DNA of 64,000 nt from an uncultured beta proteobacterium (lineage in GTDB: Bacteria; Pseudomonadota; Gammaproteobacteria; Burkholderiales; SG8-41). Shown piece by piece: positions 54,740 through 63,584 of this stretch (positions are counted from its first letter, which is position 1; each line of letters begins with the position of its first letter). The position numbers and the translations under genes are program-made. The DNA lies in assembly GCA_942492335.1 (NCBI GenBank), contig CALOEN010000021.1, positions 135,155 through 199,154 of the forward strand, written 5' to 3'. Under the pieces are notes generated by a model that made no database searches, had not been told where the DNA came from, and saw only the letters and a program-made list of their open reading frames with translations.

Positions 54740-55557
54740 TTATCTAAACCAAGCTTTTAATGTTTCCAACCATCCGGCGCGGGGCACCGGGAAATCTTTT
54801 ACTACACGAACCAGAATAACCGAAATATTGTCACGACCGCCATTGTCATTGGCCTGTTGCACCAGTTGCTCTGCCGCCAGCGGCAAATTTGCCTGCAGCG
54901 AGGACAACGTCAGCTGAATATCCTCGTCAGTCACCATGTCGCTCAATCCGTCCGAGCACAATAAATAGAGGTCGCCCGGCTGGACCGGATACGTATGCAC
55001 TTCCGCCTCAACTTCCGGATCGATGCCGACAGCGCGAGTCACCAGGTTCTTATTTTGCGAAAACTTCGCCTGCTCCCTGGTTATCATGCCGCTATCTATC
55101 TGTTCCTGCAACAAGGAATGGTCACGCGTCACCTGTTCAAAGGTGTCGTCCCGGAGCCGGTAAAGCCTGGAGTCCCCGATATGGCCAACTGTCATCTGAT
55201 TGTCATGCCATAACGCTACCACCAGAGTCGTGCCCATGCCGGAGTACTGCGACTGGCTCTGCGCCGCCTGGTAAATTGCAAGATTGGCTTGTACATGGCG
55301 TGCTCGCTGAGCAGAGATTCTGCACCCGCATCCGGGATCTTGCCGTTTTCGCCGCCCAGCATCTTCTTCATTTCAGCCGAAATCATGGCCACGGCAATAC
55401 CGCTCGCCACTTCGCCGGCATTGTAGCCACCCATGCCGTCGGCCAGCACGGCCAGCCCGATCTCGGCATCCGCGGCTATGCTGTCCTCGTTGTGCGAACG
55501 CACCATCCCGGAGTGGGTGGCGGTCGCGACGTCAAGGGCAGCGGTTAAATTTACCAA
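54740..55557 (-). pseudogene. PP2C-family Ser/Thr phosphatase, split by one frameshift near 55294..55297
   Basis: ORF 55216..55557: THSGMVRSHNEDS...LADGMGGYNAGEVAS... ORF 54740..55237: (VQANLAIYQAAQSQSQYS)GMGTTLVVALW...HIGDSRLY...LLCSDGLSDMV...DNGGRDNISVILV. The frames join between ...SLLSEHA and VQANLAIY. Confidence 0.85.
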
Positions 55558-55566
55558 AATCAGCTC

Positions 55567-58179
55567 CTAAAGATTGATATCCACCGAAACAGTGTTCGGT
55601 GCCGCACTGTTATCGATGCACTCGCGCAATGCCTTGGCCATTTCATCCCCGGTCTGATAGCGGCTCTCCGGCTGCTTGGCCAGCGCCCGGTTGATGACCG
55701 CGACCAGCGCCGGGGAAAGCGTGGGGCTGTAAGTAAGAATGTCAGTATGCGGCTCATTGGCGATTTTGAACATGAGTTGGGCCATCGAGTCGCCTTTGAA
55801 CGGCAGATACCCGCAGCACAGCTGGTAGAGCGTGGCTCCCAGCGAGAACAGATCAGACTTGCCTTCTATCTTCATCCCGGCAAGCTGCTCGGGAGACATA
55901 TAGGAGGGCGTGCCCAGCACCATGCCGGTCTTGGTCTTGGATGAATCCGTAATACGCGCAATGCCGAAATCGGTCACTTTGACGGTATCGCTTTCCAGCT
56001 CATACATGATGTTGGCGGGCTTGATATCGCGATGCACGACATTGTTACGGTGCGCATAACCCAGCGCTTCCGCGACGCGGGCGACGATGGATAAAACCGT
56101 CGGCAGCGGTAGCAGCTTGTCGGCTTTGGTATAAGGCGCCAGATCCCCGCCTTTCAAAAACTCCATGGCGATGAAAGCCAGGTCATGCTCTTCACCGGCA
56201 TCGAAAATCGTAACAATATTCGGATGGTTAAGCCGGCCGGCGGTTTCAGCTTCGCGGAAAAAACGTTCCTTGACGTCCTGCAACTCGTCAGCCTCGAATT
56301 CCTGTGACAATGCCATCGTCTTGATCGCCACGACGCGGCCGATCTTCGGATCCTTGCCAAGATAAACGATGCCCATCGCGCCTTTGCCCAACTCCTTCTC
56401 GACCTGATAGCGGCCAAGCATGGGCTTCTCCACGCCCCCTCCGGCCATGATCACCGTGCCTCCGGGATGACTGCCGCCGGAGCCAAGCATTACGGTTTCC
56501 GACATGGCTGTGGCGCGGTTGAGCCGCTGCTCGATGTCACGGAATTTCGGATTAAACTCGGACATGTAACGCAACGCCGATTCCGCCTTGTTGAACTGCC
56601 GCTTGCGCTCGAAGTCCAGCGCCAGGCTATAGAGGTTTTCCATTACCGCATCAGTAATCGGGCATTTGCGGAACATGTCCCAGGCCATATCCAGCTGCCC
56701 CTGCGCCTGATAGGCGATGCCGAGCATGCGGTTGCTCTCCGCTGATTGTGCATCCGAAGTTTCCTTGCCGCGCTCGGTGACAAGAAAGCGTTTGCTGATC
56801 AGCGCTGCATACCCTACCGCCAGCAACAACACCGACGTCATCATTTGTAACCACATCAACTGGGTCACCATCAACGCAAAATGCGCGCCGATCAGGGCAA
56901 TGGCAATGAAGAGGCTGACTATGCCCGCGACCGCTGCCTTCATGCGCGGCAGAATGGCAATCAGGTAAATGGCCACCAGCAGAAATACCAGCTTCTCTAC
57001 CCAGGGACTCCAGGTAGGGACAACGAAGAAATGCTCTCCCAAAATACTCGATACCGTATGCGCCAGGATCAGCACCGGCGCGGTCACGGGCGAAACCGGC
57101 GTCACCTGAGACGAGCCCAGTCCCGCTGCGGTTGCACCTATCAATACGATCTTGTCCCGATATTTCGCGGCCGGGATCTTGCCGCTGAGGACGTCGTAAA
57201 ATGAATCGACGGAAAATGCCGGTTTCGCGTCGCGATCACCGTAGAAAAAAGTATACATACGAAACTCGGGATCGGTCTTGACTCTGAGTTTGCCTATCCG
57301 CACTTCCTCTCCGGCAACGAGCTTGATATCTGCTATCTTGAGGTTGAGACTGCTTGCCGCCACCATCACCGCCAGCGCGGGAAAAGCCTTGTCGTAGTAG
57401 CGCAGAACCAGCGGCTCTGCACGCACCGCGCCATCGATATCGTTCGCTGAATTCAGATGCCCGATTCCGGTTGCGCTGCTTCCCAGAGCGGCAATAGGGT
57501 ACAGCGGATTGATGCCTGGAATGGGCAGATCAGCCGTTCTCGTGTCGAATGCCAGGCTGTTGGCCACCACGTAATCCGGCAACGGTTTGTCGGGATTACC
57601 CTGCGGCTCACTGAGTGACTGGAACACCATGGGCAGCATGACATTGCCGGCACGTTTGAACGCATCAGCCAGCTTGCGGTCGGTATTGAGCGCCTGCTCC
57701 GCTTCCTGCAGCAACGCGCCGAACTGAACGATATCGGGCCCGGCAGTCTGGGCATCTGGCACGGTGAGCGCTACCACCGGTTCAGGGACCGCAGTTTCAG
57801 AATGGGGTTGCGGCGCACTTCTCGTGTAAAGCTCCAGCAGCTTATTGATGTAGACCAGCCCCGGATCAATCTGAGGTTCAAAAAAGAAAGTGCTGTTAAC
57901 AATAACCTTGGCCTGTGCTGCCGCCAGAACATCGGTCATTTTGGCGTGAACATCGCGCGGCCAGGGCCAGCGCCCGATGTTGGAAATGCTCCGGTCATCG
58001 ATTGCAATGACGGCGACCTTGTCTGATGGCGTACGCGAAACAGCATTGACCCCCAAATCGTAGGCCTTGCGCTCAAGGCTTTGAATCAGGTCGCCACGGG
58101 CAGCAACCGCCATAACAAGCACGATCACTACCCCCAGAAACCAGTCAGATTTATAAAAAGCCCGTTTATTCATCCCCAT
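55567..58179 (-). CDS. CHASE2 sensor domain + transmembrane block + TPR-like segment + Hanks-type Ser/Thr kinase
   Basis: CHASE2: VAVIAIDDRSISNIGRWPWPRDVHA. Four or so TM helices. Kinase: GKGAMGIVYLGKD...VAIK, HRDIKPANIMY, DFGIAR, TPSYMSPEQ. Confidence 0.88.
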   Translation of the reverse strand: MGMNKRAFYKSDWFLGVVIVLVMAVAARGDLIQSLERKAYDLGVNAVSRTPSDKVAVIAIDDRSISNIGRWPWPRDVHAKMTDVLAAAQAKVIVNSTFFFEPQIDPGLVYINKLLELYTRSAPQPHSETAVPEPVVALTVPDAQTAGPDIVQFGALLQEAEQALNTDRKLADAFKRAGNVMLPMVFQSLSEPQGNPDKPLPDYVVANSLAFDTRTADLPIPGINPLYPIAALGSSATGIGHLNSANDIDGAVRAEPLVLRYYDKAFPALAVMVAASSLNLKIADIKLVAGEEVRIGKLRVKTDPEFRMYTFFYGDRDAKPAFSVDSFYDVLSGKIPAAKYRDKIVLIGATAAGLGSSQVTPVSPVTAPVLILAHTVSSILGEHFFVVPTWSPWVEKLVFLLVAIYLIAILPRMKAAVAGIVSLFIAIALIGAHFALMVTQLMWLQMMTSVLLLAVGYAALISKRFLVTERGKETSDAQSAESNRMLGIAYQAQGQLDMAWDMFRKCPITDAVMENLYSLALDFERKRQFNKAESALRYMSEFNPKFRDIEQRLNRATAMSETVMLGSGGSHPGGTVIMAGGGVEKPMLGRYQVEKELGKGAMGIVYLGKDPKIGRVVAIKTMALSQEFEADELQDVKERFFREAETAGRLNHPNIVTIFDAGEEHDLAFIAMEFLKGGDLAPYTKADKLLPLPTVLSIVARVAEALGYAHRNNVVHRDIKPANIMYELESDTVKVTDFGIARITDSSKTKTGMVLGTPSYMSPEQLAGMKIEGKSDLFSLGATLYQLCCGYLPFKGDSMAQLMFKIANEPHTDILTYSPTLSPALVAVINRALAKQPESRYQTGDEMAKALRECIDNSAAPNTVSVDINL

Positions 58180-58250
58180 CTCGTGATTTTTTGTATTCTT
58201 GTAAAGGGTTAACGCCGATCACTAATTCATTTTACGATATTTGTCTGAAA

Positions 58251-58280
58251 AGTATATGTTTTTTTTGACATGTATGCCAA
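58251..58280 (-). promoter_or_regulatory. Candidate sigma70 promoter for the kinase-PP2C-FHA unit (TTGGCA-N18-TATACT)
   Basis: Sequence match only, about 70 nt upstream of the kinase start. Confidence 0.3.
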
Positions 58281-58433
58281 TAATTTCACGTAAATACAGG
58301 CTATTACAACATCCCGCCACCCTCGAATCATGATCGATCCGAATCATAAGGCAGTGTTGCGGCACTGCGGCAGAGGCAAAAAATAGTGCACAAAATCAGG
58401 AACGTGGCTTTATGCGGCAGCGAAAAAACCGGT

Positions 58434-58462
58434 AAAAAAAGGCCGCGGTTCTCACCGCAGCC
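58434..58462 (-). terminator. Rho-independent terminator after the formyltransferase gene
   Basis: Minus-sense GGCTGCGG-tgagaa-CCGCGGCC followed by T7. About 30 nt after the stop at 58491. Confidence 0.7.
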
Positions 58463-58490
58463 CCCAGAACCCTGTTCGCAGAGTAAATTC

Positions 58491-59423
58491 TCAGGCGCCG
58501 AGTATGGCCCCGTTCGAAAGCCCCTGGCTACGAGCGAAATCACCGCCTGAAAGTTTCTTGCCGTTCTCGCCGCGCGCACGCAACACTTCGATCAGCCCGC
58601 CTTGCGCGGTGACCTTGAAGCTGTCCGCGGTCACGTCCGACACTTCGCCGATCTTGCCAACGACATCGGCAAACCGCCTGAACCCATGCTTGCGCGCATC
58701 GAATATCTGAATTTTCTTGCCGGCCAGCGTGGTCCAGGCCCCCGGCGCAGGATTGCAGCCACGGATCACGTTATAAACATGGTCCACCGGTTTTGCCCAG
58801 TCCAGCCGGCCTTCTGCGGCACGGCACCAGCCCTCATAGGTCGCCTGGGTTTCATCCTGCACGAGTTCCTTGTGCTTGCCCGCCACCACCAGGTCGGCCG
58901 CTTCCAGCATCGCCTTGACGCCCATGGGAAACAGTTTATTGAAATAGATCTCGCCTATGGTCTCATCCGGGCCGATCTCGCATTCTTTCTGCAAAATCAC
59001 CGGACCTTCGTCGAGGCCGTCGTTAGGACGGAAAATCGTCAGGCCGGTCCGGGTCGAACCCTGAATGATCGGCCAGTTGATCGAGGAAGGTCCGCGGTGC
59101 TTCGGCAGCAGCGAAGGGTGATACTGGATCGTGCCGTGTTTCGGAATGTTCACGAACTCCTGCGGTGCGAACAGCAGCACATAAGCCATAATGCCCAAGT
59201 CGACGTTCAGCGCCTTAAGCGCATCCTGTGCCTCGGGTTTCCGATAAGAAGCAAACTGAAACACCTGCAGCCCCTTTTCCTGGGCTGCCACTTTCAAAGG
59301 GTCGGGTTTTGCGCCCTCCTTGTCCGGCGCCACAAACACACCGGCGACGTCATCACCTCGCGCAAGAAAAGCATCGAGCACTCCCTTGCCAAAATCCTGT
59401 TGACCAATAATCGCTATCTTCAT
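58491..59423 (-). CDS. Formyltransferase-fold protein (Fmt / 10-formyl-THF dehydrogenase N-terminal-domain-like)
   Basis: MKIAIIGQQDFGKGVLDAF...GTIQYHPSLLPKHRGPSSINW (catalytic His) ...NDGLDEGPVILQ (Asp), plus a C-terminal Formyl_trans_C-like beta-domain. 310 aa. Confidence 0.8.
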   Translation of the reverse strand: MKIAIIGQQDFGKGVLDAFLARGDDVAGVFVAPDKEGAKPDPLKVAAQEKGLQVFQFASYRKPEAQDALKALNVDLGIMAYVLLFAPQEFVNIPKHGTIQYHPSLLPKHRGPSSINWPIIQGSTRTGLTIFRPNDGLDEGPVILQKECEIGPDETIGEIYFNKLFPMGVKAMLEAADLVVAGKHKELVQDETQATYEGWCRAAEGRLDWAKPVDHVYNVIRGCNPAPGAWTTLAGKKIQIFDARKHGFRRFADVVGKIGEVSDVTADSFKVTAQGGLIEVLRARGENGKKLSGGDFARSQGLSNGAILGA

Positions 59424-59521
59424 GACGGATCTCCCAACAGGATTTCAGTGGAGACTAATTTTTGCGAAGCAAAAGTTATGTTGGAACTAAAATCTTGCTG
59501 TCCAATAATCACTATTTTCAT
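59420..59521 (-). CDS. 33-codon upstream ORF mimicking the first 11 codons of the formyltransferase gene (leader peptide candidate)
   Basis: AGGAAC RBS. MKIVIIGQQDFSSNITFASQKLVSTEILLGDPS*. Its TGA overlaps the main ATG (ATGA). Not in the ORF track. Confidence 0.45.
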   Translation of the reverse strand: MKIVIIGQQDFSSNITFASQKLVSTEILLGDPS

Positions 59522-59629
59522 TTTCTGTTCCTAAAACATTAGGGCCGCCAGGAAATCACAAGCGCCCATGGTCAGCAGATTGGAACCATTATGGCGTCGT
59601 TGGCGCCTTGGTGGCCGCTTCAGTCCTGA

Positions 59630-60901
59630 TTACTTTGGTTTTTTCGGTGGCGCAGAAAATGCGCCGGCGCCTTTCAACTTACCGATCTGCTCATCGCCGT
59701 ACCCAAGCACGTCCTTGAGGATTTCCTCAGTGTGCTCGCCAAGCGTTGGAGAGCGCTTAATCTTCGCCGGCGAAGCGGACAGCTTGATCGGCATGCCTAC
59801 GTTCCACCATTTTCCGCGCTGTGGATGATCGAGTTCGACATACATTTCGCGGCCGCGAATATGTTCGTCGTTGGCGAGATCCTCGGTGGACATGATCGGT
59901 CCGCACGGCACGTTGAGCGGATTCAGGATCGCCATGAATTCGCGCTTGGTGTACTTCTCGGCAAATTTGTTGATCAGCGTCCACATCAGCTGCTGGTTCT
60001 TGCGCCGCTCGCCGATGGTGGCGAAATGCGGGTCAGCAGCCAGGTCGGGCATGCCAATGTCCGGTCCGATGCGCTTCGCGAGCGCACCCCAGACTGCTTC
60101 CTGCACAACCACGTAGAGCCAGTCGTTCGCGCCGTGCGGCTTGCAGTGGATGGCGTTGCCGAGCTGGCCCCCGCCGGAATCGTTGCCGGCGCGCGGCACG
60201 TCCCCCATGCCCTTATAGGTGGGCACGGAATACTCCGAGAGTTCGCCGCGCGTCAGGCGCTGGTGATCGCGCCATTTGACGCGACACAGGTTCATCACGC
60301 CGTCCATCATCGCCACCTCGACATACTGTCCCTGGCCGGTCTTCTCCGCCTGGCGCAAGGCAGCAAGCAAGCCTATTCCAAGGTGAAGACCGGTTCCCGA
60401 GTCGCCTATCTGTGCACCGGTAACGAACGGCGGGCCGTCGGGCACGCCGGTGGTGCTCATCGCACCGCCCATCGCCTGCGCCACGTTTTCGTAGGCCTTG
60501 AAATCAGCGTAGGGGCCCGTAGAGCCGAAACCCTTGATCGAGCCCATGACAATCTTGGGATTGATCTCGTGTATCTTTTCCCATGTGAAGCCGAAGCGGT
60601 CGAGCACGCCCGGGCCGAAGTTCTCCATGATAATGTCGCATTTCTTCAGCAGGTCGACGAACACTAACTTGCCTTCGGTCGATTTCATATTCACGGTGAT
60701 CGACCGCTTGTTGCAGTTGAGCATGGTGAAATACAGGCTGTCGGCATTGGGCACGTCGCGCAACTGGCCGCGCGTGGCATCGCCCATCGGATTTTCGAAT
60801 TTGATCACGTCCGCGCCCATCCACGCCAGCAGCTGCGAGCAGGTGGGCCCCGCCTGGACGTGGGTCATGTCGAGAATGCGAACCCCTTTGAGTGCTTCCA
60901 T
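59630..60901 (-). CDS. frc: Formyl-CoA:oxalate CoA-transferase
   Basis: MEALKGVRILDMTHVQAGPTCSQLLAWMGADVIKFE...ADSLYFTMLNCNKRSITVNMK. Class III CoA-transferase, Frc-like throughout. Confidence 0.9.
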   Translation of the reverse strand: MEALKGVRILDMTHVQAGPTCSQLLAWMGADVIKFENPMGDATRGQLRDVPNADSLYFTMLNCNKRSITVNMKSTEGKLVFVDLLKKCDIIMENFGPGVLDRFGFTWEKIHEINPKIVMGSIKGFGSTGPYADFKAYENVAQAMGGAMSTTGVPDGPPFVTGAQIGDSGTGLHLGIGLLAALRQAEKTGQGQYVEVAMMDGVMNLCRVKWRDHQRLTRGELSEYSVPTYKGMGDVPRAGNDSGGGQLGNAIHCKPHGANDWLYVVVQEAVWGALAKRIGPDIGMPDLAADPHFATIGERRKNQQLMWTLINKFAEKYTKREFMAILNPLNVPCGPIMSTEDLANDEHIRGREMYVELDHPQRGKWWNVGMPIKLSASPAKIKRSPTLGEHTEEILKDVLGYGDEQIGKLKGAGAFSAPPKKPK

Positions 60902-60964
60902 GTCTTGATCTCCAAAAATTTTGCGGCAGATAAAAGACGACCTGCCCTCGCTTGACCGTTTGAC

Positions 60965-62705
60965 TTATTTCTTTTTTGCGCTTTGCGGATTCAGGCTCGT
61001 GATGCGACCGCTTTCAGTGCCGGCGGTTTCGTCGATGACGGCATTGATGAGCGTGGGCTTGCGCGAGCGGATTGCTTCTTCCATGCTCTTTCGCAACTCG
61101 GCCGGGGTCGTGGCGTGTACGCCCACACCTCCGAAGGCCTCCATCAGCTTGTCATAGCGTGCGCCCTTGACGAACACGGTGGGCGCCACATCGCCGCCAG
61201 CCGGATTGACGTCGGTGCCGCGGTAGACGCCGTTGTTGTTGAAGACCACCACGCAGACCGGCAGATCGTAGCGGCAGATGGTCTCGACTTCCATGCCGGA
61301 GAAGCCGAAGGCGCTGTCGCCCTCAATCGCAATCACCGGCTGGCCGCTTACCACGGCGGCCGCGACGGAAAAGCCCATGCCGATGCCCATGATGCCCCAG
61401 GTGCCGACGTCCAGGCGCTTGCGCGGCCGGTACATGTCGACGATGCTGCGGGTGAAGTCCAGCGCGTTGGCACCTTCGTTGACGAGGTACGCGTCCGGGT
61501 TGGCCTTGATGATGTCGCGCACCACGTTCAGCGCGCTGTGGTAATTCATCGGCGTCGGATCCTTGGCCAGGGTCTCGGCCATCTTGGCGAGGTTCTTGTT
61601 CTTGCGCTCGGCGATCGCGGTAAGCCAGTCGGCCGGCGGCTTGGTCCAGTTGGAACCGATGCCGGCGAGCAGCGCTGACACGCAGGAACCGATGTCGCCG
61701 ACCAGCGGAGCATCGATGCGCACGTTGCTGTCCGCCTCCTGCGGCGAGATGTCGATCTGGATGAACTTCTGGCCGCCCCAGTCCTTGTGGTCCTTGCCGC
61801 CCCAGGTCTTGCCCTTGCCGTGCGAAAGCAGCCAGGTCAGGCGGGCACCGACCAGCACAACCACGTCAGCCCCGGGCAGCACGTAGGAGCGGGCGGCGGC
61901 GGCGGACTGCGCGTGCGTGTCGGGCAGCAGGCCCTTGGCCATGGACATGGGCAGATAGGGAATGCCGGTCTTCTCGACCAGCGCGCGGATGTCCGCGTCG
62001 GCCTGGGCGTAGGCAGCACCTTTGCCCAGCAGGATGAGCGGCCGCTTGGCGCCCTTGAGCAGATTCAGCGCGCGCTGCACGGCATCGGGCGCCGGAATCT
62101 GGCGCGGCGCCGGATCGACCACCTTGATCAGCGATTTCTTACCGGCTTCCGCGTCCATGGTCTGAGCGAACAATTTCGCCGGCAAATCGAGATAGACGCC
62201 GCCCGGGCGGCCAGAGACGGCGGCTCGGATGGCGCGCGCGATGCCCACGCCGATGTCCTCGGCGTGCAGCACGCGAAAGGCGGCCTTGGCACAGCGGCTT
62301 GGCGATGGCCAGCTGGTCCATCTCCTCGTAGTCACCCTGCTGCAGATCGACGATCTCGCGCTCGCTGGAGCCGCTGATGAGGATCATCGGAAAGCAATTG
62401 GTGGTGGCGTTGGCCAGTGCGGTCAGGCCGTTGAGGAAGCCGGGGGCGGACACCGTCAGGCAGATGCCGGGCTTTTGCGTCATGAAACCGGCGATGGCGG
62501 CGGCGTTGCCGGCGTTCTGCTCATGGCGAAACGAAATCACGCGCATGCCTTCGGCCTGCGCCTTGCGAGTGAGGTCGGTGATCGGGATACCGGGCAGACC
62601 GAAGATCGTGTCTATGCCGTTGAGTTTGAGGGCATCGATGACCAGGTGAAAACCATCGGTCAGTTCTAGTGATTGTGCATCGGTTGTCATGCTGAGATCC
62701 GTCAT
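60965..62705 (-). pseudogene. oxc: Oxalyl-CoA decarboxylase (TPP enzyme), split by a 1-nt insertion near 62288..62289
   Basis: ORF 62139..62705: [45 protein letters not shown]...[18 protein letters not shown] 60965..62335 continues [40 protein letters not shown]...[18 protein letters not shown]. The junction TGC-C-AAG-GCC needs one base removed. Confidence 0.88.
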
Positions 62706-62877
62706 GGTTAGATACCTCGCGAACTCGCCGTCAATTGAACAAGTGTTTTGGCTATGAATATCTGCCGTGGAAGGTAAAGAGGGCTGAATTCCCCCAATTC
62801 ACAGCAACTCCAGGCCACCTCAAATGTGGCTTTCATTTACACCTGCGAATCATAGGGGACTGCATGCCCATACACCC

Positions 62878-62891
62878 TTGACCACGGTCAA
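62878..62891. promoter_or_regulatory. Crp/Fnr-type palindromic box TTGAC-CACG-GTCAA in the oxc / regulator divergent intergenic region
   Basis: Perfect 14-bp palindrome. An extended -10 (TGgTATACT, 62905..62913) lies about 14 nt downstream on the plus strand. Confidence 0.5.
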
Positions 62892-62953
62892 TTTTTCCGG
62901 TTTTTGGTATACTAACGGGTCGCGTCGATTCTCGCCGCCCCGCAGCAAATTCT

Positions 62954-63562
62954 ATGTCACTGCTGGCCCAACATCCCGAAGCCCAGATCATCCGCGTCCA
63001 GCTGAGGCAGAACATGATGCTCAAGCAGCTCGAAGCGGCCCACTGGGAGGAGTTGGAGACCCTGCTGGATATCGTGGATTACCCGAAGGGCGAGGCGCTT
63101 GAACACCAAGGCGACGAGTCGATGGAGCAGTATTTCATCATCGACGGCATCCTCAAGCGCGTAGTGTCGAACGCCCAGGGTAAGGAAATGATCCTGCGCT
63201 TCGCTGCCGAGAGTGAAATCGACACGAGCTATGCGGCATGGCGGCTCAAAACCCCGATCCCCTACTCAATCCGGGCCGTAACCAAGGTGCGCGCCGCCAA
63301 GCTGTCGATGCAACAGTGGGTCCAGTTCATGGAACGCTACGACTCGATCAAAAGCGAATTCGAATTCGAGATCATGAAGCTGATGAGCGAAGTCATGGGA
63401 CATACGATCACGCTGCATCTGCTCGATGCGCCTGGCCGTGTGCAGCGCTTCATGCGCAAGCACCCCGCGCTGGCCGAACGCCTGCCGAAGAAAGAACTCG
63501 CTTCCTACCTCAACCTCTCTCCCGAAACGCTAAGCCGGCTGAAACGAAGCGGGAAAATATGA
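62954..63562 (+). CDS. Crp/Fnr family transcriptional regulator
   Basis: N-terminal cNMP-binding-like beta-barrel (YPKGEALEHQGDESMEQYFIIDGILKRV). C-terminal HTH (KKELASYLNLSPETLSRLKRSG). The start may be an internal ATG (MMLKQLE). Confidence 0.8.
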   Translation: MSLLAQHPEAQIIRVQLRQNMMLKQLEAAHWEELETLLDIVDYPKGEALEHQGDESMEQYFIIDGILKRVVSNAQGKEMILRFAAESEIDTSYAAWRLKTPIPYSIRAVTKVRAAKLSMQQWVQFMERYDSIKSEFEFEIMKLMSEVMGHTITLHLLDAPGRVQRFMRKHPALAERLPKKELASYLNLSPETLSRLKRSGKI

Positions 63563-63584
63563 TTTTCAGGCAGGCCTTCCCGGC

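Noticed and set aside
57885-57905. CTGTTAACAATAACC inside the kinase CDS resembles the palindromic element (CTGTTAACAATTACC).
   Set aside because: It is a single half-site with no inverted partner, in frame as AKVIVNST. Judged coincidental.
31860-62289. Programmed ribosomal frameshifting as the explanation for the four split genes (tusA, GspE-like ATPase, PP2C, oxc).
   Set aside because: Three of the four sites have no slippery heptamer plus downstream structure, and these families are not known to use recoding. Only the tusA A7 run could slip. Indel error or pseudogenisation is more parsimonious.
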